Assembly: GCA_947628685.1 (NCBI GenBank)
Contig: CANRAT010000003.1
Coordinates: 1-36,348 of the forward strand
Source: an uncultured Bacilli bacterium
GTDB taxonomy: Bacteria > Bacillota_I > Bacilli_A > RF39 > UBA660
DNA length: 36,348 bases
Direction of reading: 5' to 3'
The position numbers were made by a program, and so were the translations under genes. The notes below the pieces were generated by a model. That model was not told the origin of the DNA. It made no database searches and saw only the letters and a program-made list of their open reading frames with translations. Below, piece after piece: positions 33,960 through 36,348 of this stretch (position 1 is the first letter of the stretch; every line of letters begins with the position of its first letter).

Positions 33960-35513
33960 ATGCCAAATGTTATAGGCTCCATTTTGCTTGTCCTTGTTGG
34001 ACTTATTGTTGGAATAATCGTAATGTTTATATTTAATCTTGTTAGAAAAAATTCTGCTATAGATAAAGCTAATAAGATTTTAGAAAGTGCCAAAAGTGAA
34101 GGCGATAAAATAAAAAAAGATTATATTGCTGAAGCAAAAGAAGAAATGAACGCACTTAAAATAAAAAATGAAGAAGAAATAAGAGAAAAGAAATCAGAGA
34201 TAAAAGAGACTGAAAATAGACTTTTAACGCGTGAAGAAAGTATTGATAGAAGAGATGAAAATCTTCAAAAAAGAGAAAACTTATTAGACGAAAAAGAGAA
34301 AAATTTACAAGATAAACAAAAAGATATTCAAGAACAAGAAGCAAATGTGGAGAAAATTAAAGAAGAACAACTTGAAATGCTTGAGAAAATCAGTGGATAT
34401 TCAAAAGAAAAAGCTCGTGAATTAGTATTAAAAAACGTAGAAGATTCTATGACTAAAGAAATATCCGCATATATAAAAGAAAAAGAATCAGAAGCAAAAT
34501 TAGAAGTGGATAAAAAAGCAAAAACCATGCTTGTTGAAAGTATGCAAAAGTATGCAAGTGATGTAGTAGAAGAACAAACTGTTACGGTAGTTGACCTTCC
34601 TAGTGATGATATGAAAGGTAGAATTATAGGTAGAGAAGGTAGAAATATAAGAACTATTGAATCAGTAACAGGTGTAGATTTAATAATTGATGATACACCT
34701 GAGGCAATAGTTTTATCATCATTTGATCCATTAAGAAGAGAAATAGCTAGAATTACTATAGAAACTCTTATTAAAGATGGAAGAATTCATCCAGCACGTA
34801 TAGAAGAAATATATGATAAAACTTGCAAAGAGATGAAAGAAAAAATAGTAGAATATGGACAAAATGCCTTATTTGAACTAGGTATCACTAAAGTTGAACC
34901 TGAACTTATTGAGTTAATAGGTAAATTACAATTTAGAACTAGTTATGGGCAAAATGCACTTAAACATTCTATAGAAGTTGCAAATCTTGCAGGAATTATG
35001 GCAGGAGAACTTGGAGAAAATGAAATGCTTGCAAAAAGAGCAGGACTACTTCACGATATAGGTAAGGCTATAGATCACGAAATGGAAGGTAGCCATGTAG
35101 AAATAGGCGCAAACATTGCTAAAAAATATAAGGAAAATGATGTTGTTATTAATACAATTGAATCTCACCACGGAGATAAAGAAGCAACAAGTGTTATAGC
35201 AGAGCTAGTTGCTATTGCAGATACTTTATCAGCAACACGTCCAGGTGCTAGAAACGATTCACTTGAAAATTATGTTCAACGACTACACGATTTAGAAAAC
35301 ATAGCAAATGAGGAAAAAGGTGTTGATACTGCATTTGCAATGCAAGCGGGAAGAGAACTTAGAGTAATTGTTAAACCAGAAGAGATTAATGATTTAGAAA
35401 GTCATAAAGTTGCTCGTGATATTAAGAATCGTATAGAAGAAGAATTACAATATCCTGGAACAATAAAAGTAACAGTAATAAGAGAAACTAGAGCAGTTGA
35501 AGAGGCTAAATAG
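33960..35513 (+). CDS. rny: Ribonuclease Y
   Basis: N-terminal TM helix, coiled coil, KH domain ([14 protein letters not shown]), HD domain (GLLHDIGKA), [15 protein letters not shown]; GGAGGAG RBS before ATG 33960. Confidence 0.98.
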   Translation: MPNVIGSILLVLVGLIVGIIVMFIFNLVRKNSAIDKANKILESAKSEGDKIKKDYIAEAKEEMNALKIKNEEEIREKKSEIKETENRLLTREESIDRRDENLQKRENLLDEKEKNLQDKQKDIQEQEANVEKIKEEQLEMLEKISGYSKEKARELVLKNVEDSMTKEISAYIKEKESEAKLEVDKKAKTMLVESMQKYASDVVEEQTVTVVDLPSDDMKGRIIGREGRNIRTIESVTGVDLIIDDTPEAIVLSSFDPLRREIARITIETLIKDGRIHPARIEEIYDKTCKEMKEKIVEYGQNALFELGITKVEPELIELIGKLQFRTSYGQNALKHSIEVANLAGIMAGELGENEMLAKRAGLLHDIGKAIDHEMEGSHVEIGANIAKKYKENDVVINTIESHHGDKEATSVIAELVAIADTLSATRPGARNDSLENYVQRLHDLENIANEEKGVDTAFAMQAGRELRVIVKPEEINDLESHKVARDIKNRIEEELQYPGTIKVTVIRETRAVEEAK

Positions 35514-35668
35514 TTTCTTTCTTTTTTTTATATTTATGTCCAACTTTTAGTTATGTCTAACTATACATAATTATCTACTAGGAAAGTGCTTGGTAAAAAA
35601 TATAAAAAAATAATTAAAACTATTTGCAAACGTTTGTTTGCATGATATAATCATCTTATCGAGGTGAT

Positions 35669-36247
35669 ATGATGAACATTATAAAGGGTTTATATTTAGA
35701 TAAATATCCAAACTTTATAAATGTATATAAATGTTGTAATGAATTAAAAGATTTATTAAATGAATATGAATTGTTAAAAGAAGTAGATAGTTGTTTACTT
35801 AGAAATAGTATATTTAATTTAGAAAATGCATTTAAAAGATACAATGAAACTATAGGAAATAAACCAAAATTTAAATCAAAAAATAAAAGTAGAAAATCAT
35901 ATAAAACAAATAATATGATAAGTAGTTATAAAGGTAAAACATATAATTCAATAAAAATAGATTTAAATAAAAATATAATCATATTACCAAAACTAAAAGA
36001 AATAAAAATAAGAGGATATAGAAATTTAAGTGAAATAAAAGGAAATATAAAGAGTGCGACAATATATAAAGAAGCAAATAAATATTATGTAAGTATAACA
36101 GTAGAAGATATTATAGAAATACCTAAATTTATACCAACAAAAATAGTAGTAATAGATTTAGGAATAAAAGATTTAAGAATAAGAAAGTGGGAATGTCCAA
36201 ACTGTTTAAACTTAAATGAAAGAGATTTGAGTGCAAGTATAAAATAA
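35669..36247 (+). pseudogene. tnpB: Internally deleted IS200/IS605-family TnpB
   Basis: LKEVDS..L...L..AF.R, PKFKSK, IILPKL..IK, SATI...YYVSI, then RuvC-I IDLGIKDL joined directly to RKWECPNC...RDLSAS. Only 192 aa; the RuvC-II region and most of the N-terminal HTH are missing. Confidence 0.85.
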
Positions 36248-36327
36248 ACGCTTAAGGGTTTAAAGATATATATGAAGAATGGCTTAGAACTGCAAGTCAA
36301 GTAAAATTTTGACAAATTAAAAATGTA

Positions 36328-36348
36328 TTAGGGTAGCAACTATCCGAA
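36328..36348 (+). ncRNA. Possible start of the TnpB omega-RNA/right-end region, running off the window
   Basis: GGGTAG-CAA-CTATCC hairpin downstream of tnpB, where omega-RNA scaffolds are encoded. Truncated, so it cannot be confirmed. Confidence 0.3.

Noticed and set aside
35669-36247. Active TnpB or Cas12f nuclease
   Set aside because: Too short, RuvC-II region missing, truncated end, and no tnpA or CRISPR array in the window.
5721-36315. Minus-strand ORFs in the track (e.g. 7999-8364, 10576-10902, 15013-15633, 23570-23929, 25722-26072, 33899-34528, 36085-36315)
   Set aside because: They lie antisense to well-supported genes and show no recognisable motifs. Only the XRE at 16572-16808 is accepted.
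1-36348. CRISPR array, rRNA, tRNA or SRP RNA
   Set aside because: No regularly spaced repeats or GC-rich structured RNA segments were seen.

Overview
Very AT-rich chromosomal window from a low-GC, probably spore-forming Bacillota (two alpha/beta-type SASP genes). Housekeeping genes flank it: thiI and ffh on the left; a SWIM-SNF2 helicase, a C26 glutamine amidotransferase and rny on the right. Between ffh and the SNF2 gene (about 6.2-29.9 kb) are two different, compact type VII secretion (T7SS) cassettes in tandem. Each has EssC, an EsaB/YukD-like protein, WXG100-type substrates, a helical helper, a large polymorphic toxin, candidate immunity gene(s) and DUF4176. No EssA, EssB or EsaA gene is recognisable in the window. 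Cassette 1 carries a toxin with two possible warheads (ART-like plus HExxH metallopeptidase) and a WXG100 pair. Cassette 2 carries an R-S-ExE ADP-ribosyltransferase toxin, an ADP-ribosylglycohydrolase with an N-terminal extension, and what looks like the WXG100 pair fused into one protein. The cassettes are joined by a scar made of a frameshifted SNF2 5' end fused to a 292-bp identical copy of the ffh 3' end, so two alternative alleles of the ffh-[T7SS]-xre-SNF2 slot appear to have been stacked. Two decayed IS200/IS605 tnpB copies are also present. All family calls come from motif recognition by eye; no database search was run.
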